A DNA stretch of 64,000 nt. Origin: the human T2T-CHM13v2.0 reference genome, Homo sapiens. Shown here piece by piece: positions 42,131-55,940 of the stretch. Position numbers and translations under genes: made by a program. The notes beneath the pieces were generated by a model. The model searched no databases and was not told where the DNA came from. It was given only the letters and a program-made list of their open reading frames with translations. Location: assembly GCF_009914755.1 (NCBI RefSeq), contig NC_060944.1; one strand, 5' to 3'. Positions within the stretch are counted from its first letter, which is position 1. Each line of letters starts with the position of its first letter.

Positions 42131-43195
42131 TGTGTTAGTAGGGTTTTCTGGGGCAACAGAACCAATAGAGTGCAATATATGGAGAGAGAGAGAGAGAATC
42201 TATATATATCATCTATATCCATATCCGTGTGTGTGTGCACGCGCGTGTGTGTGTGTGTTTGTGTGTGTGCGCATATATGGAGAGATAAAGTTCTAGAAAA
42301 ACAGAAGAAATATAATGATAATGTGTAGGGGAGGGAGACAGGAAGAGATGCATTTTAAGGAATTGGGCCATGTAATTGTGGGACTGGCAAGTCCAAACTT
42401 TGCAGGGCAGGCTGACCAGCTGGAGTCCCAGGGAAGAATTTTGATGTTGCCACTGGAGTCTGAGGGGTATCTGAAGGGTCCCTGGGGGCACAGAGTAGGT
42501 AACTTCTTCCAAGGTTATGCAATTAGCATATTAGTAAGGGTTTTCCAGAGAAACAGAACCAATATAATGTTCTATCTATCTATCTATCTATCTATCCATC
42601 TATCTATCTATCTATCCATCCATCCACCTATCTATCTACACACACACATATATAGAGAAAAGAGAATCTATCTATCTGAGAGTATATCTATATCCATATA
42701 TGTGTGTATATACATATATCTCTATATATGTCTATCATCTATCTACCTATATATCTATATATTTATATATAATAGAGAAAGAGAAAGAAAGTTCCAGAGA
42801 AACAGAACCAATATAATGTGTAGTGGAGGGAGAGAGGGAGAGAGATTTATTTTAGGGAATTGGGCCATGCAATTGTGGGGCTGGCAAGTCCAAACTTTGC
42901 AGGGCAGGCTGGCCGGCTGGAGTTCCCAGGGAAGAACTGATGTTGCGACTGGAGTCTGAAGGGCGTCTGGGGGCAGATTTCCCTGTTCCTCAGAGAACCT
43001 CAGTCTTATTTCTCTTAAGGCCTTCAACAGATTGGATGAGGCCCATGTACATTATAGAAGTTCATCTGCTTTACTCAAAGCCCACTGATTCAAATGTTTA
43101 TCTGTTCTAGAAAATGCCTTCATAGTGACATTTAGATTGATTGACCAAATATCTGGATAACTTGGCCCAGTCAAGTCAACACCTAAATGTGCCAT
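42131..43195 (-). mobile_element. MLT2 (ERVL) LTR with internal microsatellites and a tandem duplication, inserted in a MIR
   Basis: ttagtagggtttt...acagaaccaatag; ggctggcaagtccaaa; cccagtcaagtcaacac. Confidence 0.8.
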
Positions 43196-43589
43196 GCAGC
43201 TGGTAATTTAGAGAAGCTGGGAATCAAATCCTTCTGGTGTCTCCACAGCCCAGGCTCTCTCATTTGCCGCCATTTATATAACTCACACAGCTTCTGTGAA
43301 GAAAAAGCATTACATGTAGGGAAGGCAATTTTTATCCTTCATAAGAACACTGAATAGCAGATCTTTATTCTGCCCCTACACAAATCACTTGAATTTACCT
43401 TTTTATTTTAAAATAAAGTACAGATACTGAAAGTCACATGACAGAATTATATAGCTTAATGGACAATATAAGCTGAATATCCAAAACAGCCACCCAGCTC
43501 AAAAAAGAGAGCTTTGCTGGCAAAGAAACACCTTTGTGTATTCCATCCCAACCCCAGTTCAATTCCTTTCCCCAAAGTAACCATGATCT

Positions 43590-43785
43590 TGACTAGGAAT
43601 TGGCTTGACAGCTGTTTTTACAAATAAAGTTTTATTGGCACACAGCGACACCCAGACATTCCTTAACTTGTCTGTGACTGCTTTCACACTGCAATGGCAG
43701 AGTTGAGTGGCTGTAACAGAGACTGCCTGGCCCTCAAAGGCTTAAAAAATATTTACTACAGAAAAAGTTTGCTGACCCCCTGTTG
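43590..43785. mobile_element. MER58-like
   Basis: aaataaagttttattggcacacagc...gaaaaagtttgctgacccc. Confidence 0.8.
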
Positions 43786-44677
43786 TTGACTTTCACAGTG
43801 GTAATTTCCTTGAGTTTTAAAATAGTTTTATTATTCAAGTGTTCATTCCTAAACACTATAGTTTAGTCTTGCCTTTTCTTTGTATGTCTTTTAAATCTCA
43901 TTTAATCTACAGGTTCTCCTTCTAGCCCTTTATTTTCCTTGCAGTTTATTCGTGGAAGGCACAGGCCATTGAACCTACAGTTTCCACTGTCTAGATTTTG
44001 CGGTTGCATCCTCTTGGTGCAGCTTAGCAAGCTCTTCTGTTTGCTGTTATCTCCTGCAAATTGACAACTGAACCCAGAGACTTAATCAGACTTGGGTTCA
44101 GTCCCTCTGGCAAGACTTGACTGTGTGTTCACTCAGTAGTAGGCATAGAATTTCTGTTCATCTTTCTTTCTGAGATGCCACAGTTGCCAAGGGATGATGC
44201 CTAGATGTGATCATTTATTATGATTTTCAGAATGTTGACATTCTGATTGAATCAATTCTTTTTTATATATAACTTGCAATACTTTTAGAAAGAAATACGT
44301 TGCCTCATCTTTCATTTGAGTTCCTCGAAGTTCATATAGGAAAAACAGGTGAAGGCTTCATTATTTTTCTTTATCAGTTTTTGAGATACTGCATTGATTC
44401 TCTATTGTTGTTATTATTATTTGCCTCATATAACATAATAAAGTATGTAAGGAATTTCAGTCCATAGCATTTATTAGCCTAATCAAAGCTCAAGTTATCC
44501 CACTTTTGCTACTGAGAGCCTTTTCAATATGGCTCCTGAGTCTTTCTGAGATGACCCTGAAGTCTGATAGGTCTTTCGCTGTTTGATATGACAAGATGTT
44601 CTAAACTCATCTTCTATATTTTTCTGTCCCAGATCTGGAGGAAGCCTTCCTTTCCCTCTTTTAAGATGGTATTTCAA

Positions 44678-45035
44678 ATAGAATACTACGCAGCCATAAA
44701 GAAGAACAAGATCATGTCCTCTGCAGCAACATGGATGGTGCTGGAGGGTATTATCCTAAGCAGACTGACACAGGAACAGAAAACCAAATACTGCATGTTC
44801 TCACTTATAAGAGGGAGCTAAATATTAAGTACATATGGACACAAAGAAGGAAACAATGGACACTGGGGCCTACTTGAAGGTGGAGAGTGGGAGGAGGGAG
44901 GGGATAGAAAAACTACTCATCAGGTGCTATGCTATTACTGGGTGATGAAAAAATCTGTACACCAAACCCCCACAACATGTAATTTACCTATATAACAAAC
45001 TTGCACATGTACCCCTGAACCTAAAATAAAAGTTA
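44678..45035 (+). mobile_element. L1PA/PB 3' end, followed by (CA)n(TA)n to 45125
   Basis: gaatactacgcagccataaag...cccctgaacctaaaataaaagtt. Confidence 0.9.
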
Positions 45036-45249
45036 CACACACACACACACACACACACACGTATATATATATATATATACACACACATATATATGTGTGT
45101 GTATATATATATGTATATATATTAATATATGAATTTTGTTTGGAGGGACACAAACCTTCAGATTATAGCAATGCAAATATTTTTGCTTTGCATCTTTTGT
45201 ACAGTCTTATCCACCCAGGACCTGTGCCTCTTGTCCCCACCCTCTCACT

Positions 45250-46960
45250 TGAAATTTGAGGTTTATAGGTGTTCTCATTTTTGCCCTGAGTTCTTGCATG
45301 CTGATTGTGCTTTGTGCCCTGTATAATTGGAAGTCAGTTTTGCTAGTTATAAAATCCTCAACTCACAATTTGTTCCCTTGAATAAGTATGGTACTCCATT
45401 TTCTACTGGCATACGGTGTTGCTTTCAGAAAGTTTGATGCCAATATTTTTAAATAAATAATATTTTCTTTTTATCTAAATGTCCATTTAATATTCCTTTT
45501 GCTTTAAAGTCTGATAGATTTCATTAGCTTTAAAGTCCCGTAGATTTTATTTCTTGGAGACTGTCTTTCCAGGTTACTATTCTCAGGTACCTGGTGTGCT
45601 CTTTCCATATGCAGTTTCAAATATATTTTTTCAATTTCAGGAAAGTTTCTTAAATTATGTATCTCAGTATTTGTTCTGTTCCCTTGCATTGTTTTTTATT
45701 TTACCATCTATTTTTGAATCTTCTCTGCCTGTCTTCAATATTTCCACTTTCTCTTGAATTTTTTATTTTCTTGCTTCTTTTTAATTTTTAAATTTTTTAT
45801 TTAAAAAATTTTCATTATGTTCAGGCATTGTATATTGTGTTAATTCTCTCTTGTATTTATCACATTTTTAATCTTGTAGTTTTTCCTAGCTTAGATTTCA
45901 TTTTTTAAATGATTTTTTTATTTCTAAATATTTCTTATGTTCTTTCACCTCATTTCTAAGCAATCGAATTCTGATTTGTGTTGTGTTTTCAGATCTTGTA
46001 TAATTTTATTGTATAATGTAGTATGCTACAGTTTTGATCTGTTTGTGGGCATAGCTTTCTGGCGTGCTTTCATCTCTATAAGCATGTTATTGGTTTTTAC
46101 TTCTCTTTTTTGTCTTGTAATGTTGCGAGGGATCTGACCTCAATACTTTTCTGTTGTCATTTCTATGTGAAATTAGTTGTCCTGAACTTTTAAAGGAAAT
46201 GTGGTTCAGGGCAATTTTTTTTTATTATACTTTAAGTTCTAGGGTGCATGTGCACAACGTGCAGGTTTGTTACATATGTATACATGGGCCATGTCGGTGT
46301 GCTGCACCCATTAACTCATCATTTACATTAGGTATATCTCTTTTTCTAATCACATAGAGCTTCCTCATCTGTTTTCATATAGTATTCACAAATGGTGGCT
46401 TAATTTCTAAGATTTCTCTGGCTGTTATTCCAAACTCCCCCGACTCTATACTTTTATTTACTACCTTTAATTTGGATTCTCTTTCCAGGAGCTTCTTCTC
46501 AGTATGGAGCCTGGTCCTGGCAGGGGGCTTTGGCTGTTGTCACTGAGGGCTCCTGTGGCCTGGACAGCTCCTGCCCCTTTCAGGACTCACACTGGCCTCT
46601 TACACTCACCAGCTTTTAGAGTGGTCATGGCAGCCCCATCTTTGCCTGCCACCTCAGCTGGTCCACTGTTTCCCAGTAAGTTCCTATTGGCTATTTAAGG
46701 TTTCTCCTATTCTCAAATCTGGGCACTCCATTTCTAACCTCTGCTTCCTCTGGGCAGAGTTTGACCCGTGGGGACTTGGGGCTCTCATCCCTACCCTCCG
46801 GCTTGAAATATGAGGTTTGTAGATATGCTTTGTTACCTGCCTTTTTTTTAATTCGATGTTGTCCATGAGTTTTGTTTTTTTCTATTTAGTTGCTATGTTT
46901 GTTTTTAATGTAAGGCAAGATTAAAATATTACACTGTCACCGTTACTACCATCCTCCCCA
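45250..46960 (-). mobile_element. Old L1M fragment with a nested L1PA 3' end (46214-46340)
   Basis: ORF 45504..45689 resembles L1 ORF1 (NFPEIEK...MERAHQVP); ttattatactttaagttctaggg is the L1PA 3' terminus. Confidence 0.7.
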
Positions 46961-46967
46961 AATCCCC

Positions 46968-47363
46968 CTGTATTAGCTACCTAGGCTTGCTGGGTAACAA
47001 ATTGTCACAAATTTATTAGCAAAAGAACACACACTTGCTATATCACTGCTCTGTAAGTCAGAAGTCCAGGTGGGCTCGACTGGGTTCTGCACTTAAGGTC
47101 TCACAAGATTGAAATCAAGACATCAGCTGAGCTGGGCTCTTATCTAGAGATGTTTACATGCTTATCTCTCTGACTTTAAAATTTTTATGTAAAATTGATT
47201 AATACACAAAATTAATCCACATAATCTCCCTGTCTTAAGGTTGACTAATTATTAGCCTTAGTTACATCTTCAAGACCCCTTTTCCATGTAAGGTAACATT
47301 ATTAACAGAGTAACATCAGGAGATGAATGTCATGGGGGCCATGTTAGAATTCTTCCTACCACA
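46968..47363 (-). mobile_element. MLT1 solo LTR
   Basis: tgtattagct...gggggccatgttagaattcttcctaccaca. Confidence 0.75.
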
Positions 47364-47795
47364 TCCTCATTCATTTATTTTGAATCCTAAGAATTTATTG
47401 AGATCCTACTATGTTCTAGGTCCTTGCAGTAAGGGTACAATGGTGAATAAGACAAACACGGTTCTGGTGCTATGAGTAGAAAATTAATGCTGAATGTTTA
47501 ATGAATGGATGACTAAATAGATGTGTAAATGTCTAAATGCACATTCAGAAAAAAGCAACAGAAGACTGAGACTCAATATTATTGAGTATGTTTTAAAGGT
47601 CCATGTATCATCTTGAATGGAAATGTTGCTCAACTTCTGATGAGGAGACTAATTCATCAATATCTCTGTTATCACTGACTGATGACCTCGCATAATAAAA
47701 GATCTTGACTTGCGTGTATGTTAACAATTAATGGAATGGGTAATGTATCACATAGAGTATATGGAAGGTAATAAAAATGTATAAATGAGAATTAC

Positions 47796-48131
47796 ACGGG
47801 TTAGTTGGTGTTGTTAACGGTTCTTTTGTTCTGCGAGAGCAGCAGTATCTTATTCAGGAGACAGGGTTGCAGTTCTGGTTGCCAAAATGACTTAAACATG
47901 CCAATTCAACTATTAGTCCTTCAAAGGTATTTTCCATTGCAAAAACCCCTTGGCCAAGTGTATTGACGATGCTGTCTACTTTTGACCTCCTCATTTTTTT
48001 GACCCTTTCAGGGGCTTTAACGATGTGGAGACCCATTCACTTTGTTAGTGTATGGTTCCATTCATAATTATTTGCATGGTCTTGTCATGCTTCTTTATCT
48101 CCCAGAAGGCTTCTTATCCTGTATCCAGCCC
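47796..48131 (-). pseudogene. Relic exon candidate, AGYRIRSLLGDKEA*QDHANNYEWNHTLTK*MGLHIVKAPERVKK...NCNPVS*IRY...
   Basis: ctatccttttatttcatTAG| acceptor; about 110 codons in one frame with only three stops, all TGA; includes ORF 47854..48036. Confidence 0.5.
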
Positions 48132-49939
48132 CTAATGAAATAAAAGGATAGTGATCAATTTTACAATACACACTACTACACATGGGACTTCATTTCTTTA
48201 TTCAGAAATATATGTCATAAAGATTGAATGAGAAGCTAATATTCAGAGCTGGGAAAAGCAGTGCTCTATATTAGGGAGAATCAGCATTTGTTAGCGTAAG
48301 CAAAACCCTGAGTCTTGATTATAAGTGTCAGTGTGTTAAAAAACATTGACTAAACCCAGTGTGAAATTACAAGTCTGTAATGCAAATATACTTGGTGAAA
48401 TGCAAACACATTTAGCCTTGCATTAATTCATTCATTCGACAGCAATGTATTGAGTGCCTAGCATGTGTCAAGTGCTCTTCTAAGCATTGAGGATACAGTG
48501 GGGAAACATGCAGAAAATGGCATTGCCCTTTGAGAGCTTATATTCTAGTGTTGGGAATTAGAAAATACACAAAATAAATAAAGACACCATTCTATGATCA
48601 TTTATTGATAGGCAGTAATGATTTTAATGTTGACAAAGAAGTTTGACTGAAGTAAATTAGAAGGTGTGTGATAGAAATAAAAAGAGATTTGCACTGTTTG
48701 CATATATACTCCTTCTGTGGACATTTGTAAGAATTGTTTCATCCTGGTTGGATCAAACATTTTTCATGTTCTTTGAAAGATGCAAAGCCAACAGTTGGTT
48801 GAGTACTCAGTAAATACATATCAAATGCATACATTTTACTGAGTTTAATTTTTATGCAAAATAATTATTATTGTAGTTGAATTTTATAAATATGTTTTAA
48901 TGATGTCCTTGTAATTTTATCCTGGATTTAGTAAATAATAATATTAGTATTAGTAATAATCACTGCTACAATTTAACCTTTAAATATTGACTTAATTGTC
49001 ACCTCTTTAGAGAGATTTTCTTGACTATCCTATTTTTAGTTATACTAGTTGTTACCTAATACTGCATTCCTTTAGTTTCCTTGATATTTATCATGATACA
49101 TGTACTTTTATTTTTACATATAATTGCTTATCACCTCTCTTTCTCACTAGGTTGTAAACTTCAGAAGAAAAGGGGATAAATCTGTTTTATCAATGTGTAC
49201 CCTTCATGATGACTGGCACACAATAATCCTTCAATAACATATATTAAATGAATGAAATCCACTCCCTTCTTTTCCTCCTTCTTTGACTGTCTTCCTTCTA
49301 TGTTCTTCTTTTCATTCACTAGTTATTTTATCTCTTCTTCAAGCATTCATATTACTTGCAATAATAATAGCCAATTATTTATTGAGAGTTTATGATGTAC
49401 CAGACACCACCTAAATAGAATCATTATAATACTAAAAAATGAAGAATTCTTACTGAATGCCTCCTCTGTCTGTATTGGTCACTGTGTTGGGCTCTTTTCA
49501 TACATTATTCTTTAATTCTCATAGCAACCTTGCAAAATAAGCATCTTTATCCCTTTCAAAAGAGAAGAAGCTGTGATTCTAAGAGGGTAGATAAAGTGCC
49601 ACAAAGATGGAGATGGGTAAACATTGAACTAAGATGAAGAAAACTCTCTCTGCATCACAGCCTGGGTTTTTCAACTCATCTTTGCTGTCTCAAAATAAAT
49701 GAATAGGGTTTATTAGTTTCCCGGATTGTGAGGATTAACTGATGTGTTTGGATAAACAAGAGAGTTGAAGTATAAATTAATATCACTGTTGTAAATCATA
49801 TTGCACCTTAGAAATAAGAACATTATTTAATCATTGGAACTCCTCACTCCTCAAATTTAGAGAGATAAATGACACTTCTGGGCACTAACTGAATACAACA
49901 GTAGTGACTGCTCCCATTGTATGTCATTAGAGAAAACAT

Positions 49940-50920
49940 CTTTACCTCCCCAGCTCACCTTTGTTTTCCTTCCAGCAACAGGCACGTTTCCTTCTGAAGA
50001 CTCTCTCCTTTCCCGGTCTCAGTCCGTGTATCCTGGATAAGGATTCTCCCTCAGCTCTAGGGACAGAGCATACGATCCAGGCCTAAGCTGACCATGGCAC
50101 TGTTTTCCTTTAGCCACAAAGATGGGCTCGAGTTCAGGGTGAGCTGAGCTGGCCCAATCATAATAAATCCTGGGGTCTTTGTGGGTGCAAACAGAAAATA
50201 GACTCTTAACCCCTCTGGATTTTCTCATGGGAAGATAGGATCTGGGGGTACTACAGCTATTTTGTCACTACCTGGGCAGAGCCTAGGCTTCTGAAGGTCC
50301 CCAGCGCACCCTAAAAGTGCAGCCAACACAAAGCAGAGCCAAGAGATGAAGAGAATGTGATTCCAACTGACATTGTTTAAACTCTGGATCCAGGTCTGCT
50401 TGGATTCTTTTCTTTTTTTTTAAGCCAGTTTGAGTTGGGCTTTCTATCACTTGCATCTGCAACTATTTTAATTGTTATAGCAAGAGTGGGATGATTAGAT
50501 ATGTCAGGGCAAAACTGGCCTATGCTGATGTGACAAATAAACCCTGAAAATACAATGGTGTAACAACAAAAAGGTGTATTCCTCACTCATGTCACAGCTG
50601 ATTGGGGGTTAGCGAGTCTCTTGCATGGCTCAAGATTGACTCAAGATTTGAGCGCTTTTTAGTTTCGCATCTGGAACACATACCCTTTGCGGGTGCTGTG
50701 GCAAAGACAAAACACATTAGACGGTGGAATGGGGGCTGTGGCAAAGACAAAACACATTAGAGGGTGGAATGGTTTATTTTTAAGTGCCAGACATTGGCCC
50801 AGGTTACATCCTTTCCTGGATAATTCTCCAGTCACATGGCCCCAACCTAGCTGCAAAGGAGGCCGGGAAATGTGGGGCTCACATGGGTGTTTGGTGAGCT
50901 ATAACAGCTCCGTCACAGCC
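49940..50920. mobile_element. Two adjacent old MLT1 LTR relics
   Basis: agctggcccaatca...gagttgggctttctatcacttgca; ctatgctgatgtgacaaataacc...gtcacatggccccaacctagctgcaaaggg. Confidence 0.6.
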
Positions 50921-51006
50921 ACTCTCTGGAGAACACTGATAGTCTCGGAGTTTTATTATCTCCAGTCAGAATAAAGGTTGTTATATGTGGAAACTCACAA
51001 ATTCAC

Positions 51007-51162
51007 CCAGAGGTGCTTTTGAGAATCTCCCCTCTTCTCCGATGGTCAGTTGGGCCAGGATGCCACCCAGAGGTTTTCTCTTCAGAGGCAGAAGGCTTCA
51101 GCCCCCGATCATGACTCATGGGCACCATCTTCTACCACAGAAAGAGTTTCTTTCAAGGTCTC
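51007..51162 (-). pseudogene. Relic exon candidate (156 bp, phase 1-1), DLERNSFCGRRWCP*VMIGG*SLLPLKRKPLGGILAQLTIGEEGRFSKAPL
   Basis: tcctcataTAG| acceptor, G|GTGAAT donor, two TGA stops. Confidence 0.4.
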
Positions 51163-52190
51163 CTATATGAGGACTAATTTAGCCTAGCACATAATTACTA
51201 CTTCTTACATGAAAAGTCATCTCTAGTTCCCAGTATTCTTCCATACTAATGGGATAGAATTCTTTATTATATGATTTCATGCGCTGCTTGGCTACTTGTC
51301 CCTTCCTTTCTTCCCTTCTTTGACTAATATTTACTGGGCACCTATAATGTGCCATGCATTGTGCTAGACCTTAGAGACATAGCAGTAAATAAGGAAGATG
51401 TCATTCTCCCCAGCAGATCAAACTGCCTGCTTTCATATTTTCTTCCTTCCTTCCTTGCAAAATTTTAATTTGTAAGCTATTTCAATGTGCACTGTTGATT
51501 CTAAGATTAGAGCATTTTTTTTTCTCATTTTTTGTCTTCCTGCTGTCCGGATCGGTAGAGTTAACCTTTATATAATAGGACTATGAACTACATTCCAAAC
51601 CATGTCCCAGGAAAAATTTCAAATCCCCCTCTGTATTTCCAAGTCCTCTTGCCTGTAATCACCCTCTTGATCTCTTTCTCTCTGACTTTTATTTTGAGAG
51701 GAGTGCATGCTGCAACCCTGTAATTCTCCTTGCCCCTCCCTGCATCGTATTTGGAGATATCTAACAGCAATTGACTGGGTTTTTATTAGTTCTTAGGGTA
51801 CGTTTTCCATTTTTCAAGGATCTCTCATCAGGGGTTCTTTGCCAGTAATTACTACAGCAACGAAGACTTGAAGGAGCTTCCTCTCAGCGTTGAGTGATGG
51901 AATTTCTTAATACTACTGCTTTTTATTTTTGGAGGTGAAAAATTAAATTAAATGTGCGGTTTTATACCAGGCTTATTTAGTCTGCAAAGACATTGGAATA
52001 ATTTTGTTAAAATGAGCATGCTTTGAGATCACTCTGTTGAGTTGTAAGAACACGAAAAGGCCTCTATGTATTTATCATTTTCCTAAGAGTATTTGCCCAG
52101 AAAGGGTCTTAGACACATTGAAAGGACAGACACACATAACAAAGACCAGTGATGTTGAGGATAAGCCTTTTATTGGGGCGTTATCTCAAT

Positions 52191-52392
52191 CAGGGGTCAG
52201 TAAGGTGGGCCTTTGGGTGCTCTTTTTGTAAATACAGTTTTATTGGAACACAGTCATGCTTACTTCTTAACTTACTGTTTTGGCTGCTTTTGTGCTGCAA
52301 CAGCAGAGCTAATTGTTGCAACAGAGACTATACAGCTCACATGCCTAAAATACATATTATCTGGCCCTTTGCAGAAAAAGTTTGCCAACCCT
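52191..52392. mobile_element. MER58A
   Basis: caggggtcag...ttttattggaacacagtcatgc...aaagtttgccaacccc. Confidence 0.85.
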
Positions 52393-52745
52393 TAACCTTG
52401 ATGCATTTTTTGGTGTTCATTTTGGGATTTCCACACATCTAATTGTTTTACATGAAAGTGCTCTTTTCAGCTTCACACATTTACCATTTATTGGCAAGCT
52501 TAGCTGCAGAGTTCACATACAAGAGAAAATGGTTGTTCACAAGTAAGAGACCCATTCATTCTCTTTTATTTATATCTCGTCCTCAATTTAAAAACAAAAC
52601 AAAACAAAATCAACCATGGAAGAATTAAAACATGATTGATTTTTCTTTCCCTACCCTTTTCTGATCTGTCACAAGACTACCGATTCTAACATACAGGTCA
52701 GTGACTACCTTGGGCCAACACTGAAGACATGATTTACTTAACTGA

Positions 52746-53105
<360 letters not shown>

Positions 53106-53139
53106 GAAAAATGCTAATGTAATTTTCAAGGCTAAAACC

Positions 53140-53405
53140 ACTTTATTTTTCAAATTTATGTATTTATTCTTTAATTGACATATAAAATATATGTATTTAT
53201 CATGTAGAGCATAAAGTTTTGAAGTATACATACATTGTGGAATGGCCAAATCTAGCTAATGGCAGATGCATTTCTTCATATAGTTATCATTTTGTGGTGA
53301 GAACACTTAATATCCACTCTGTTAGCATTTTTCAAGAAAACAATAGATCATCATTAACTATAGTCACAATGCTGTACGATAGATCTCTTGAACTCATTCC
53401 TCCTT
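53140..53405 (-). mobile_element. L1MA 3' end
   Basis: tttgtggtgagaacacttaatatccactct...atagatctcttgaactcattcctcct. Confidence 0.85.
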
Positions 53406-54045
53406 TAGCCTCTGGTATCTGGCACTCAGCAATCAGTCTAACAATCATGCTGAAAACTTACCACTTCATGGCTATTTATGTCAAAAACACGGACGCTTTA
53501 AGTGAAGATCAGTTTCACAATTAGATAATTGGTGTAGCTGACATTCGTCTACTGTTTCATTTGAAAAATGACTTAAAGATGAGAAAAAATGATAATTCCC
53601 TCTCTTTTTTAAAAAGGAGGCAAATATCAGAAGATTCCCCTCACATCCAAGTTATTTGTAGTATGAGCTAAAGAGAATTCAGGTGCTTTCTGCTTATCTG
53701 CAACAAATTATACAGTGAGAGATACATTGTTCCTCATTAGCAAGGATAAGAAATAATGTCACATGGAGAAAAATGACTTTCTTTAAATTGTTTAAAGAGT
53801 TAAAACTAATATTCAGAGTGTAGAATGATCTGCCCCGGCCATGGTCAGTAAATAATAATAACAATAATAGTGATGGCTAACATTTATTGAGTTCTTACTT
53901 CATGCCAGGACTGTGCTTATGGTTTACATGCCTTATCTATTAAAGAGTTCCCAAAACTCCTTGAGGTGGCTGATATTTATTTCCATTTTACAGATGAGAA
54001 AATGGAGTATCTGAAAATTAAACTCAGATCCACCTGACTGTAGTC

Positions 54046-54277
54046 CAGTGGTTTTTAACTGGAGGTCATTTTTGACCTCCTCTTCCTACCCCACCCCAGG
54101 GGACCCTTAACAATATCTGAAGACTTTTTAGATTGTAACTGGGTCAGGTAAGTGCTACAGGGATCTATTGGCTACTCAAGGATGCTAGTAAACATCCTAT
54201 GATGTATAGGACAGTGCCCCACAACCAAGAATCACCTGGCCCCAAAATGTCAATGGTTCCAAGGTTGAAGGATCCTG
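54046..54277 (+). mobile_element. MER20
   Basis: cagtggtttttaac...ggatgctagtaaacatcctatgatg...ggccccaaaatgtcaat. Confidence 0.85.
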
Positions 54278-54590
54278 TTCTAGAACTTGCACAAGTAATA
54301 GAGACTTCTAAATATTTAGATTTAGAAGATGTTACAGGGGCCTCTAGCTTCTTTCTAAATCCCAGGGAAGCAATTTGTAAGTCCATCCATCCATCTGTCC
54401 TGAATGGCCTCTTTTTTCCTCTTAGAAAGAGTCTTAGATAATAATGTTATTTTTCCAATAGCCGCCAGTTCCACATTCTATTTGCAAGGGACTAGAGAGC
54501 TCTTGCCCTTCCTCTGTGTGAGTTCCCATGGTCCTTTCATGGACTTTCCCATGATGAACACAGAAAACTGCGCTTAGAGAATAGACATAC

Positions 54591-55016
54591 CTTTGCTGAG
54601 ATTCACTCAATGAAAATCTTAACCTGTCAATAGAATTCCCTGCCCACAAAAATGGAGACACTTGCAAAGAAATGTGAAACCAGAGTCCACTTCTCCCCAA
54701 ACCAAATGTATGGTTGTAACAGGTAGATGGTCTCACATACAGCGCACCAGACTATGTTGTTATCTTTCTCTTTTCACCTGAACTTGCCTCTCTCTGGCCT
54801 CAATTCTATAATCTAGTCTACCTTTAAACCTCACATTGCACGAATGGCGGATGTATCCAGGGCCACTTCGAGCATGCAACCTTGTCCTAAGTAAGCTTCT
54901 CTGCACTGCTCCTTCAGAGGGGTTCAGTTCTAAATCTTCAATCTCAATCCAGATTAGAATTATAGAGCTAATGTTCAACAGTGCATCGAGTTTAATTTTA
55001 CATTTCCTATCCAGTT
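54591..55016 (-). pseudogene. Relic exon candidate, LDRKCKIKLDALLNISSII...QVKRER*/...YNHTFGLGRSGLWFHISLQVSP...SESQQ
   Basis: Adjacent minus-strand ORFs 54760..54978 and 54434..54736; AAG|GTATGT donor; weak acceptor; upstream TAG|GTAAGT donor at 55123. Confidence 0.5.
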
Positions 55017-55940
55017 CTACTCAAAGCATGGAGGTTTTTATAGAAAGAAAGCTTTCAGGAAAGAAACTATTAAAAAAAGAGTACTTCAAAAATCTCTCTC
55101 CAAATTTCAACTGCTTTACTTACCTAGTCATTAGATTACTTGATGGTTATCTCGGTTCTGAGAAGGGGTTTTAGTGCTGCCTCCACAGCAGATCAGCATA
55201 TACCCAGTGCCAGGTTGTGGGTATGGCATGGTACCAGGGACTGCGGGAGATCCACAGAAACATAAGGAAGGTCTTTGCCCTTAGGGGTTTTACATTGTGG
55301 TTGGGAAAATGGGACATATGTATACACATGGAAAATGAAATAACTAAACAAAAGGTAAATGATAATATGAAGCAATCATCCAAGAGGTGGCAGGAGATAT
55401 ATCTGCTTTTTTTTTTTTAAGTGCAACCCATTGTTTAGGAAGAATAAAGTTTGTTATGACTTGGTTTGTTCAGAAGTCTTCACATAACAGATGGAATTTG
55501 AAAGAGGGAATATATTCTCAGGGAAATTGGAAAAAGTGAGAACTCTATATGTTAAAGGCTGGAGGGAAATCATTTACAATGGGCTGAAGATGCTGTGTTG
55601 GCAAGCTGTAGTGGAGAGACCATCATGGAGTATTAGGAGGTAAGCCTAATGGTGTAGCAGGGGCCAGGATTTAGAGAACTTTAAACGTCGTGTGATGGAA
55701 CCTGAACTTGTTTCACAGGCAATGGGTAGTCACTGAAGAAGCACGCATGCAAATTAAAACAGCTTCCTAACTGATCTTGTCCTTCATTCATGGTCCCCAT
55801 CTAATGTACTCTCCCCAAGTCAGGCAGACCAATTCTTCTAAAACAAAAAATCTGATCATGTTGGTCCCTCACTTAAAACCATCAGATGATTTTCTATGGC
55901 ACCTAAATACAACCTGCATCTCACAGTGCAGCTTACATAT

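Noticed and set aside
42315-42959. 214-aa ORF with an internal repeat
   Set aside because: Duplicated MLT2 LTR plus microsatellites.
47796-48131. TGA codons read as selenocysteine
   Set aside because: No SECIS or redox motif recognised; other blocks have TAA/TAG stops and frameshifts, so decay is the simpler explanation.
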